A DNA stretch of 64,000 nt from Phoronis australis. Its lineage: Eukaryota; Animalia; Phoronida. The DNA is taken from positions 307,765 through 371,764 of the forward strand of contig NMRA01000254.1 in the NCBI GenBank assembly GCA_002633005.1, in the 5' to 3' direction. Shown piece by piece: positions 1 through 12,005 of this stretch (its first letter is position 1; each line of letters opens with the position of its first letter). Below the pieces are notes generated by a model. That model was not told the DNA's origin and ran no database searches. It saw nothing but the letters and a program-made list of their open reading frames with translations. A program made the position numbers and the translations under genes.

Positions 1-3000
1 TTAATACTTAGTTAAAACTTATTGGAACCGGCCACTTAAGCTCCATTTGTCTGCAGTGACTGTGAGGGTGGTATGTCTCTGCCCAAAATGGGACGTTATG
101 GTCATACATCCCTTTATATCAGCATCTTAAATCAAGTTGTTATGTCAACGATACTTTTATGACCCATCTAAATAGTGAGATGTTTGCAAAAAGCATCGAT
201 AATTCAGATTTTTAATTTCAATTTTCAGACTTTATTAATGAGCATTTATAACATAGTGAAGATGAAATAAAAAGCTTAACATGTGTCATAATGATTTTCC
301 AGACCTTCAAAACATACCTGTAGGTATAGACACATTATTTGTCATGTGTACCTGTAAATTGTTTAAGTTATACCAAAATTTGGAATTTTCGGTGATGGCG
401 GAAGTTAATTAGCATAAGTAGGGAACTTTATGATTTTCATTAACAAAATTAAATGATCTAAACACACTTATACTATGGTTTTTGTAGAAACAATTTCCTA
501 ATGATACATCGTACTTCTGGTCCCAAGAATGTTTCTATCTTGTTAGTTTGGCGGCCATTTTGTTTATGCAAATTAGATGGTCAAAAACTCAAAATCCAGC
601 TTGGTAACATGCATAATCGACATCAGCATACATGAACCATGATTATGCTAAAAAATAGGCCCCCCACTTTTACTACAAAATGACTCCAGCGTGCACATTT
701 TCCAGAAATGCTTCTAGACTAATCCGAGAACCGACAAAGCCACGTAGAGACAATGAAGTGGCACTTATTTGCACATGTGAAATATTTCCAGTCATACCAA
801 GGTTTCTCAAGCAATATATATTTCAGTTGTATCCGTAATGTACGACCAAGGTTATTCTTTGAACCGTTCTTCGGTTTTATCAATTTGCAACAGGTGGTGT
901 AACCGTAGGTTTTGTGCTCAGTCAAAATCGAAAACTTAATTTCTGTCGAAGAAGTTAAGACCGAAGACCAAAGTATGATTTTGTGTTCATAAAACAGTCT
1001 TTTCTGAATTTTTAACTTCGGTGTCAACTTAGACAACCTTTTTGTTTTTAAATCTTAAGTGAGTTTTCAGGAAGATTTCTCTGTATTAACTTACATCAAA
1101 ATCTTCCCGCCACGCATTTGGGGTTTCAGACAGCTAATATGATCTTACTAAAAATTAAGTACTTTTTGAATCAAACAGTTGAGTATTATTGAATTTTGAA
1201 GACACATTAGCTTGTTCTAAGTTGCCACCACAGGATGTAATGGGTGGAAGACGTGTGGTCACTTAACAGTCAATTGCAGTGGCGGAACACAACAGATCAG
1301 AAGACGAGAACGATTTTCACCTTGAACTGGACAACTATTATGCAACCATAGAGAAGATTGGATACGGATAAGAAGAATCACGCAATGAACTCTATTTCCA
1401 AATTGGCGGACTTTCGCCGGGCTTGGAAGCAGTATGGACTCGACCGTCCTGCACGGGAAGTGCCGCAGCCAAGTTCAGCGGAATCCCCCACCCCTCTCAT
1501 AAATTCACAAAATAGACACTTAGTAATCATTGAAAAAGGCCACAGTAAGTCCGACTCACTCGTATTCACTAATGCCATGACGGAATGAGCACCGTCTAAA
1601 CAGAATGCATACGCGTACATGTACGTGTCGTAGCACTAGATCTGGGCTGGGGATGAGGGTCTGCCATCACTCGCCTTAGAATGGAACCAGTTCGTTCGTT
1701 ATTTATAAAATTTGCAAATACACTTACAATTTGACGAGCACTTCATCGTAATGTCGTTTCTGTGTTTGGTCAAAATGCGATTCCTTGAAATACGCCAAAC
1801 AAAGGGTGGCTCCCGAACGGATTGCATGTTCCAAACTGACATTCTTCGTACAGCGCTCAAAGCGATGCCATTTCTCTACAACTTTCACTTCCTTCGGAAA
1901 TTTGAACACAGAGATGTTTTCTGTCAAACTGATATTAATACCGCCTCCACAAGCTTACCTTTATTTAATGTCTAAAGAAGGCGGCTCTCGGTGGACTTTA
2001 CTCACAACTTCTCTGTATCACACTGCTAAAAACAACGGTGGAGACGGTCTTCCACCCATGACGTACATTCCCGTTATCAGATTTTTTTAATTTTCAGCTA
2101 CACTAAAGGTTATTAAACTGCATTAATATAAGTCTTTTTCAGACACTACGGTCGGGTTGCGAACTCTATAAGACCAAAATGTCTTAGCCCCGTTTCATGA
2201 AATTTATCATTTGCATAATTATGACCAAAATTAGCTTAAGGTTAGACTGAAAGGTAGCCTGTTATGGAGTAAGCTTAAAAAATTCGGTCTAGTGAGTATC
2301 AACTGTACAGGAACAAATTTTGCTTATGTTTTTCACTATCTAATGTTCCTAAATAATAATTGGAGATTGTCTGCTTTTGAATGGAGTACCGGCAAAGCGG
2401 CGTGGACTCGTACAGTGTAGATCCTCCACAGTGCAATTTAAAGTACTTGCACCTGACACATAGGCCGATTTAGGGGGGAGGGGGGGGCAGGGGGCACGGG
2501 TCCCCCCTTGGCTGCCGTAAGCATAAATGGAACAGCAACAACATGCGTGAAGCGACGAAATATTGAGTAAGCAACTAGGACGCGGAGAAGGGGATGTCCC
2601 AGATCGCGGCGTTCCCGTTTTTTTTTAGTCCACCGGTAAGTTTTCTAACAGATGGTTCACACACCCGGCTCCCGCAACTTCGGGCCTGAGCTACACATAC
2701 AATCGCACTTTGCCCGATTCCCCGAGACAACATGTTGCACCCCCCGTATGGTATCCTAGATCCGCCACTGTGACCAAAGATATTCTCCAACCATAGGCTA
2801 TCAGAATCTGCACACGTAAATGAAATCCTAATTTTATCCATCATGTTTTATATAAATCCCCATTTAGCGGTTTCAAGGCCAAGGTGATTCTTGAAACCGT
2901 ATTTCACCAACCGCCTCGCTTAGTTTTGTAAACTTGCAACAGTTGGCGGAAGCGTAGTGTGTATGCTCACCTACATGTATGTCTAAAACCGACTTTATGT

Positions 3001-3257
3001 CTGTCCAAGTTAAGACCGAAGACTAAAAGCAGACTTTGTATTCATGAAACGGTATTTTCTGAATGTTCATTTTCGGTCTTAACTTGGACAAATTTTTAGC
3101 CTTGAGTTGCAAAAGCTTTTATACGGATGCTTACAACCCGACAATTGTCCTCCAATACCTTTGAAAAACGACAAAGCGTGGCTAATTGAGTAAGCTTAGC
3201 CGTAGAATTGCCCAGAAATAAACTGTTTGTAACATCGTCTTGCCTTTGGTATTTCAG

Positions 3258-3365
3258 GGTGCGTTTTCTATGGATTTATTTCATTTATGTTCAGTATGGT
3301 CAGTATGATGACCCTGTTCACCATCAGCCTCACGAGATACCTTGTCGTCTGCCACCGTCAAGAAG
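3258..3365 (+). CDS. Opsin exon (TM3): GCVFYGFISFMFSMVSMMTLFTISLTRYLVVCHRQE
   Basis: tttcag acceptor and gtgcgt donor, 108 nt, phase 1-1. Rhodopsin-family TM3 pattern (C110, Y at the 113 position, SLxRYxxxC). Upstream TM1-2 exons were not found in the window. Confidence 0.85.
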
Positions 3366-6159
3366 GTGCGTATACTAACAATGTGTTATGAAAAATCGAC
3401 AGCTTAGTCCGGGTGTTCCATCGAAACAGGAACCTCTGTGCAAAAATATATCCCCGACTCGAAAACAGACTCCTTCACCTTTAAAACAGCTAACCAGCCC
3501 AAAAAAGGCGAACCCTGGTCTTTAAAGCAGGAACCCGGGGATGGGACAGGACACCCGGAGACCAAAACACCGCTCTCGTACTCTCTGTCAAACATTGTTT
3601 GATGAAAAAAATCTTCCTAGTTTAAATAGCTGTTGACTGTTTGAACAAAATTTGCGTTTTACGTTATTCTGCTGCTAAGGTGTGGTGCAATCTTATGCAT
3701 CGTCTTTCGGCACCATGAAATATTGCGTCACCTATTGGCCAGTTTCTTTTTCCCCTATTTTCTTTAATCAACTGTTTTTTTTCCACGAGGTTTCTCACGT
3801 CACAATAAATTAATCAACAACTGCACTCCAAAGTCGAAATAATATTATTTTTATTTTTGAAATTAGTTTTTGGATAAACTACTGTATAATTTGAAATTAT
3901 TAAATATTTACAGACATAACAACGTGTTGAGAGTATAAATTATGTTGAGATTCTCACAAAGACAAAATGTACGAGTTTTACCTATAAAAATCAAATTACG
4001 TAGTTAATATAAGTGCCAACATACTGTTACCTGAGCTGTATGTTGGCACTTGTTTTCCAAAATTGTTGTAAATATGATCCTGATGATGTCTAATGAAAAG
4101 ACGAAACGTTGAATTGAACATGAACTTGTGCGGCGATCGTCCAGTTTTTGGTTTAGTTGCAACAGCTGGCTACGTGCATAGAATATAGGGTTTTGGGAAC
4201 ATCGACCTCGGGAAACATCGGAACAGGAAAATTTCAGTTCTGGGTTATATCGGTCCCGAGGAATATCGTAAAGCATCGGGTCTTTAATAACGGCAGGGAG
4301 TCACATTTCAAATAAACCACTGGCACCCGGGTGCTTAACATATCCGGTATACTCTTTCATTTAGGACTGTCGCTGTTCTCTTTTGATGTGCAGCTTTGAA
4401 GTGGTGTGCACTCACGCGTGAGTTCACGCACTTGAATCGCTGGAGTAGGCCTACACTTAACGTTGGTAACAACGAGTGAAAGACAAATCATATTTCGCGC
4501 ACGTAGCCCCAGAAACAACTAAAGGGGTTTGAGAATTTCTTGCCAACTGAAAGTAAAGACGTGGCCGTCGTTTGGCGATTAATAGGGTTGTCATTTTCAC
4601 TTTGGCTGTCTTATGCGATAAAAAACGAGACGCACATCTCTAAGTCACCATTGTCTGCCGGGACCTCTTGCGCGCGAACAACGAGACCGAGTGCGCGATC
4701 AGATATCAGGGATATTGTCATGTATACTGTATGTGGTACATGTAATAAGGACATCTTACGCGAAAAATAAACATATTTGTCCACCACAAAGTTTGGTAAG
4801 TAGAAACACCACTGTTTTGTGACGTTTAATTTTGTCGCGTTATGCAGTGGCTCGAAACTTTCTTCGGCGAATTCGGAAATTTGAAAGTGTCCGAAAATGT
4901 TATGAAAAGCGTCAAAGATCGATTCTGCATATCCCATGTTCACGTGCCCTTGCTTACAAGTCATCGGAAGGGCTGTTCTCGGTTAGTGTTTTTTTAACTT
5001 GGATTTGGTAACAACCAAATAGCGGTCGGATTAACAAGACTTGCTTTATATTTGCCCGATATCTGCCTAGAAACATAAAAACTCACGCATACGTTGGAAA
5101 TTCTAGTTCGTATTTTGCGAGTTGATACGAGCTGACAAAAATCTCAGCTCGCATTTCCAAATTTCAGGTCGCAAATGCTACCTGCAGCTCGTTATGTCGA
5201 GCCCTGTAGGGTCTCCGTTTTTGTATCTTACTGTAGGTCGTCTAAACTCACTTGAGAACGTGCACTTAATCATCCATACATGTATTTCGAAAAATCAAGA
5301 AATTTTTTAGTTCAATAAGACAAATTTGCGAATACAAAACTATATTTTCCCACTAAATGGAACTTGTAAAGTTTTATAAACATTGGGTCTAGGTTGCGCG
5401 CGCAAACGTTTCGTTTTTTGGATATAACAAAGCCATTTTTGCCAGGTCTAATTTATAACATTGGCAGTACTTGTTTGGGTCAACTGGAAACATTTGAGGG
5501 AAACCAATACGATGCCTTCACCCCTTGGTCTGTCGAAAGGGTTGAGCTGGGTGGCAATTAAACAATTTTAGGCATTCACTGGGCGATCGATGATGCAATA
5601 ACGGGGACACATACACGATTTCCGAATGGGAGATGATAAATCCCCAAAAGGGTATGCCGGTGACTCTATCTTTTAGATCGTGCCTTACGGCGTGAGGGGG
5701 TTCCTCTAGGTCTCCACTCACTAGCCACTGACCAATTACTAAGCTTGAGAAAACATTTGAATCCATGCGATGGCCATTGGGATACGTTTTAAGTCAATGT
5801 GATGAAGGCGATCCAGTTTTAGAAATATGTTTAATGTTAAGTATTTAAAAATACTGGCATTTTTTCTTAGTGGTAACTACTTAGAAATGTGCCAGCATAT
5901 AATTTTGTTGACTTCTGAAACCAGTTGTTGATTCTGAGCTCGAGCATTTACATGTACGAGCTGCCAATTCTACACAGGCCCAAGATAACTCGTTATCTGA
6001 GTAGTGGAACGCGTTGAGATCGATTTTCTAATGGTTGGTGCCAGAGGGCAGGTAGTTGTACGTCGTAATTTAAAAGAAATCAGGGTATTATGACATGGAA
6101 ATTGTAATCGCGCAAGTAAAGCGAGCAACTAATGACTTTCCATCTTCTCTTCCACACAG

Positions 6160-6491
6160 TTTCTGCTAAGGTTGTGAACAAGAGGAGCACCGCGTCTTTG
6201 ATCGTGCTCATCTACATGTACGCCATCTTTTGGACAGTCTGTCCATTGATGGGCTGGGCCCATTATGACGTGGAACCATTCGGTTACAGTTGCACCATAC
6301 AATGGATCAACGGCAGTAAGTCGTACGTGGCTTTCGTCACCGTGTTCTGCTGTTTCGGGCCTATGCTGGGAATGGTGTTCTTTTACATGAGAATAAGCTG
6401 GTTCGTGTACATCAACTCGGAGAAGATAGAGCAAAGGCTAACTAGAGCAAACAAGAAGTCGAAAACCTCGAAGTCAATCCATACGACTAGG
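6160..6491 (+). CDS. Opsin exon (TM4-ECL2-TM5-ICL3)
   Basis: acacag acceptor, gtgagt donor; encodes FWTVCPLMGWAHYDVEPFGYSCTIQW (E181, S186, C187 equivalents), a neuropsin/Go-opsin-like ECL2; frame continuous with the previous exon. Confidence 0.9.
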
Positions 6492-6749
6492 GTGAGTTGA
6501 GGCGTACCGACTAGAGAAATCAACAGCTGCAGGCCCACAAAATTCACAAATGTTGTACATACCATGCGCGGTTGGCACGAGATTTATTAAACAATTTCAT
6601 TCGCCCGTTGTTTAGGAATACAGTACGGAATTTTAACAACGTCTCTCTTAAATAAACATGACACTTCAGTATTTGCTGAGCTCGTTCACAAATGCATATA
6701 TGTATTATTCAGGCATCTTTCAGTAGTACGAATATTTTTGTATTCTCCA

Positions 6750-7432
6750 GGGTCCCGTTTAATGAAACATTTTCTGGCTCAACTTTGACCAAAATCAGGT
6801 TAACCTATAAGACCAAAATGCCTTAGCCACGTTTCATGAAATTCTTAAGACCAAAATTAAGACTTAATAGCCTAAATATTGGACTTAAATGTATGGCCTA
6901 AATGACTAAAACGTTGTGTTGATATTTTCGCAATCTTTTACGATTTAATGTCCCTTAACAATGTCAGATTGAAGATCATCTGTTTTCATTCCGAGAAACG
7001 GTAAACCACCCTCGAGACTATGAGTGCACGTTTGAAATGACATTTTCCAGCCATGCCAGGGTGATCCAAATTGAATCCAAAATGTTGTAAACAGATGTCT
7101 TTCAAATTTTCAAGACCCAATATTCCTGAAACCATATTTCACCGAACAAAGCCTCGCTCAGTGCTATGAATTCGTAGCAGGTAGCGAAAGCACACGTATA
7201 TGTTTTTTATGTAGAACGGAATATAGATATTTAACAACAACAGGTGTCGTGTATTCAACCAATTTTTCATAACTACGTAGAAAACCGAACAAATTTCTGT
7301 CTAAGTTAAGACCGAAGACCAAAAGCTGGCTTTGTAGTCCCGAAGCAATAATTTCTGAATTTTTGTCAGAATTTCGGTCTTCACTTAGGCAAATTTTTTA
7401 AGTCTTAAGTAACTTTTCATGTAACAGTCCTT
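6750..7432. mobile_element. MITE-like dispersed repeat in opsin intron (related copies near 720-1070 and 2150-3110)
   Basis: Shared blocks ttaagaccgaagaccaaa / ttcggtcttaacttgga / taagaccaaaat in several places; imperfect inverted ends (gggtcccgtttaatgaaa ... ttttcatgtaacagtcc). Confidence 0.5.
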
Positions 7433-7459
7433 TATCACTGTATGGAACGTTAATTTCAG

Positions 7460-7849
7460 ATTGGTCTAATGCTATGCTCCGGTTACTTCATCGCATGGCT
7501 GCCCTATGCTATCGTGAGCTACATCGCAACATTTGGCGACCCAAGCAGCATTCCTATACGTGCTACGGTAGTTCCGGTGCTTCTTGCAAAAACCTCCATG
7601 GGATACAACCCAGTTGTTTACTCTCTAACTAGTAAGTCATTTCGTGCCGAAATCGCCAAGCTTTTCAGAAAGATATTTAGGCTGCAGGAACCTAAACGAA
7701 AGGAATCGGTATCTGCGACAGCAGTGAGCACGGTATCGAAGGCGGGAAATCGTGCTGGACCAAGCACGTCTAAGGTTGTACCATCGCAAGGCACTGATGA
7801 AATAACAGAGGTGGGCGAAGGCAACCCCAACAACGAAACAGCCTTTTAG
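7460..7849 (+). CDS. Opsin last coding exon (TM6-TM7, C-tail); tetraopsin (neuropsin/Go-opsin-like)
   Basis: tttcag acceptor, phase 0; AWLPYA in TM6; LLAKTSMGYNPVVY with the retinal-binding Lys296 equivalent and NPxxY; Ser/Thr-rich tail; TAG stop. Confidence 0.92.
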   Translation: MGLMLCSGYFIAWLPYAIVSYIATFGDPSSIPIRATVVPVLLAKTSMGYNPVVYSLTSKSFRAEIAKLFRKIFRLQEPKRKESVSATAVSTVSKAGNRAGPSTSKVVPSQGTDEITEVGEGNPNNETAF

Positions 7850-8090
7850 ATTTGTGCAAACCATCGCGATTGGCGAGTTATGGGCAAGAAGGACACAGCT
7901 CGCTTCAGTCTGAACATAGAAGCCATTTTGCGGACGCACCAGCACAAGTCAGTGATTAAATGACGGAGGTGGACGGTGGCAGCTCCAACAATGAAACAGA
8001 CTTTTAGATTTGTGCAAACCGTCGCGATTAGCGAGTTGCGGGAAATAAGCACACTGCTCGCTTCAATCTGAACTCAGAGACCATTTTGCG
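7780..8090 (+). repeat. Diverged 158-bp tandem duplication covering the opsin stop codon
   Basis: ...aacaacgaaacagccttttagatttgtgcaaaccatcgcgatt... recurs 158 bp downstream as ...aacaatgaaacagacttttagatttgtgcaaaccgtcgcgatt... Confidence 0.9.
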
Positions 8091-8505
8091 TAAATAATTT
8101 CAGAAAACCAACTGTGCTCTTTTAAGTTTAATGTTATGAACATCTAAAATAATTTCGGTTAACATAAAAAAATTCTGTAAATTGCAAAGTTGTAAGGCCA
8201 ATCTAACGTTTTTTTTGCTTGAAAATAGATAGCACAATCTGTGAAACATATTGTGCCTGTCGTGCTGCATTATGGCGGACGCCACCACGTCCGTGTGTCC
8301 AGGAGTCTGTTTAATGGAAAGTGGCTGAAGACTTGGGCAATTCTACAGTCCCTGAGAATAGACCGTACGCATAACGTCTATTTACTGTAAATGATGCGCT
8401 CATAATTACATGAACTTTTTATTGAGCTTTCGTGAAGTGAGAGAGTAAGACCGAATTTTTGTCTTAAGTCATCAATCAATTTCATGAAAATTTCAAGAAA
8501 TTGTA

Positions 8506-8669
8506 AAATACAACAACAAGAATGGATCAACTGAAATTTGAAATTTTCGGATGTAATAACTTCCTTTGTCAACACTATATTAGCACAAATTTCTGTTTTT
8601 GTTGACAAAAGAAGTAATTACATCCGAAAATTTCAAATTTCAGTTGATCCATTCTTGTTGTTTTATTTA
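8506..8669. repeat. Near-perfect inverted repeat (arms of about 70 bp, spacer of about 25 bp)
   Basis: 8506-8574 is the reverse complement of 8600-8669 with few mismatches. Confidence 0.9.
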
Positions 8670-9805
8670 CCGATTTATATTCTACATTTCATGAAACAAT
8701 AGTATCCTTGGGAGGATCTGGATCGCTTATTTAGTTTCAGATTTATTTTCTACGTTAAGAAATTGTAGAAATGGTACAATTTGGTAACAGCTTACCTTCG
8801 ACAGAGCTTTTCTTCCACCCGATAATTCCATAGCACTAATTTGTGCTAATATAGTGTAACTTCGTATGATGCACGAGCACTTCAGAGTCAAAAAGTCATG
8901 TGATTAATAGGTGACAAGATAATGTGACATCAAAGGAGACTTCTGTCGTGTGCGAGCCACGACATAGTTTGTACAAAACTACTGTATAGCAACTAAAATA
9001 TATCGCTGAGCAATAATTGCTACTGTGCACACGTTTCAGTTTTTAGCGAAACTGTAAAACCAATACAGAGATTGTCTTGAAAGCAAAAAAACACAAAATA
9101 CAGTTATAGCTTTGCAATATTTAGACGGAAACTTTGGTTTGGCCTGTTAACGAAATTGTAGGAAATCAAGGGGCATATTCCTCCTTCAGGAAAACTTTCG
9201 TTGTAGTTGCAATTGACTTATATAGGCCAAGGTGTCGCTATACACGTCAAACAAAACACGTGACACACACAGTTTTTCCCTTAAATTCTTTGGTAAAATG
9301 TCATGTCGCTGCTTCCGCAAATTTCTGTGCTATTTAATGTGTCACGATTTTTACCCCCGCTAGCCGAGCGCGGTTCTAGGCTTGGGCCGAAACGTAGTTT
9401 TAGAGAAAGGAGAATTTTTCGGAAATTGAGTGTGGTAGCCCGAATTTTGGTGTATCTCCGAAATACAAGATCGAAAAAATGTAACAGCTTTGGGTTCATT
9501 ACATTGTTTGTTTCCTTCAGCAGAAGTAACTGTTAACATGTTTGTCATCATTTTACTGCAGGGAGCAAATGAAGCATTGCTCAGGCCGACTTATAGGGTA
9601 AATTTATCCTCTTAGCTCCCTATAAATCCGACATTGGGTAACAATTCTGCTCGAGGCCTGCCCGAGGGATCGGTCTCTGTTTTTTCATACAACCACTGTT
9701 TGTTCCTATCCTCTGAGTTCTTTCGTCAGCTACGTTGGCATGTTTTTGTTTCCTGCAATGATTTATAGTTCCCCCGGTTATAGTTCCTCTGCTTACGAGG
9801 CCTGG

Positions 9806-9941
9806 GTAGAGTTCAGTAACTATAGGATCTCGCTAAAACCAAGTCAAAGTCACGTGGTCTCATTTAAAATACACGGCAATGTCTCGCGTAATCTCGCGAA
9901 GTCTTGTTTTTTAGCAAGGTTCTAGCGTTACTGAACTCTAA
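9806..9941. mobile_element. Small MITE family (about 115-135 bp); other copies near 29911-30046, 54835-54947, 58744-58861, 59219-59336
   Basis: Terminal inverted repeats gtagagttcagtaac...gttactgaactcta with similar internal sequence in multiple copies. Confidence 0.7.
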
Positions 9942-12005
9942 CCTGCAGTTTATGGTGTAACAGGAGTGCCATGGACCTGATTATGTAAGATATATGCGCC
10001 CTCTAGTGGTCAAGCTGTGTATTACGTATGGAATTTTCCTATGATGTCGAGTCCTTTGGACATGGCCAAATATGGTCAGAAGCTAGGAGCTATGGGCCTC
10101 GCCCTTCAGATCGTGTCTGATTGGTTGAAATTGTGTACTTAAGCTTTGTCTCTGTCAGACACGAGGAGTCCAGTCGCAGAGTTCAAGAAGCAAACATTTA
10201 CACCTTCACTCACACCAAATTGCAACTGTTTGTGCAGCTTTCGGGCTCCTCCCGAGCTTGATTGCATCTCACCTTTCGGATCTGAATAACCAAATTGCCC
10301 CGTTCTTGCACACACAACTATTAATCAGCGACTGGCTTGCCCGTGTATCAGAACTGTATAATTCACAACGCTGCGATACTAAATCATGGAACAACTGGAT
10401 TGCTTGTAAGTGTGAAATATTGTAGTTATATATTCTTCCAATAAACCTATGTATTATTCACCAACTTTTTGTTTTCAATATCACCCTCAGTCCGCACCGG
10501 GATCGTAAAATCGGGGCGCCTTGGTCGTAGATACCCCCCCCCCCCGTTACAATGGTTTCTGCTGGCTCTAAGTGGCGAGTTCGTTCACAACGTGCAACAC
10601 GTGTCGTCTGGGCAGCGGGGAACGTGATCTTACGACAACTGGAGAACATCAACTCATCGACTCCGTTTTATTAAAGCTACCTCCTAATTGTCTATAGCTA
10701 CGATGGTCGTATTCTGAACTCTGTTTTGAATGCGAACTAAGGTCCACGTTTTCGTCACTCGCAATGATTTGTTCTTCTAAAATCAGTGTAACCCCAAATT
10801 CGTAGTGATAACCTGCGTACGACCGACTTAGCTACAACCAATCGTGCGGCCCTTGGTTAAACGGGGCCCAATACTGTTTGAAATCCCACGTATTGTGAAT
10901 TACTGGATCAAGCCAAAATTGCAAACTTCAAAACTGGAGTAAACCAAGACCGTTTTGATGTTGATGATTTTCGTTGAAGCATTTTATTAACCCCATTTGG
11001 TCCATCATTTTATCACGTGTAATGATAAACAATAAATCGCCATATTAAAAACTCCAACTAAGGGCTTCACTTTGAATCCAAAACAATGATTTTCAATAGT
11101 GGCGCTGTTAGGGAGTTTAAAGGACATCTGAGCGACTCGATTGCCACCAGGTAGCGCTCGGGAACAAAATTCCTTCTTTTTACGTTTGAACATATTGAGA
11201 GCAGAAGGCAATTCACCAGCATGATGATGTTCGTAATATAAGTAACCCACGTGATTTGCCTGAATACTTACATTCCTATGGCAAGGTCCCTTGCTTCACT
11301 TGCGACACCTAGTGAATTTCCAATTCCTTATCGTAATAATTGTGTGCATATTTACTGTGGTTGTATAAGATGTTGCGTTGTGTTTATGGGGCATTGCGGA
11401 TAGGTCCGTTCACCAGAATCTTTTTGTAGCATTTCTCTTGAAACATGAACACTAAAATTACAGAACTATTGGCTCCTGTCATTCGAATAAAAACTTTTAT
11501 GTGAATTCCGAAAATTAACCTTAAACATTCGTGTGAACTGGGATGGCAATATTTTATTCTAAATATCACTTCGCATAAAATCAAGTGCCATACTTTATTT
11601 ACACACTGTACTTGATTGCTTGGTAACCGACAAATTCTTCAGAATTTTGGGTAAACCGCCAGAGACGCTAATTGTATCTTGAGTCGTAATACAAGGAAGC
11701 AATCAAATGACTTACAGTGTACCTTGTTAACTCAGGGAAAACGGGCGGCGTTGACAGTTGTCAAGTCAAAATGAAGCCACTGATCATAACACAAATTACT
11801 ATTGAGGAAATCTTCAGAGTCATATGGATTTGGGATGGGTTGCATAAAACTTAAACTATCCGCTGGATAAGTTCGATTGTTGCTTGACGTCAGGTGCATT
11901 GCGCAACAATAACAACAAGGCATGTGCTAATGTGACGTCATTGTTGCCATACGACGTGTAACTTTTATGCAATGCAACTGGGCCCTGCTGTACAGTTCTG
12001 CTTAA

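Noticed and set aside
1358-2090. Short ORFs as possible opsin TM1-2 exons
   Set aside because: No hydrophobic helices or GN / NLAxxD motifs; the 5' exons probably lie upstream of the window.
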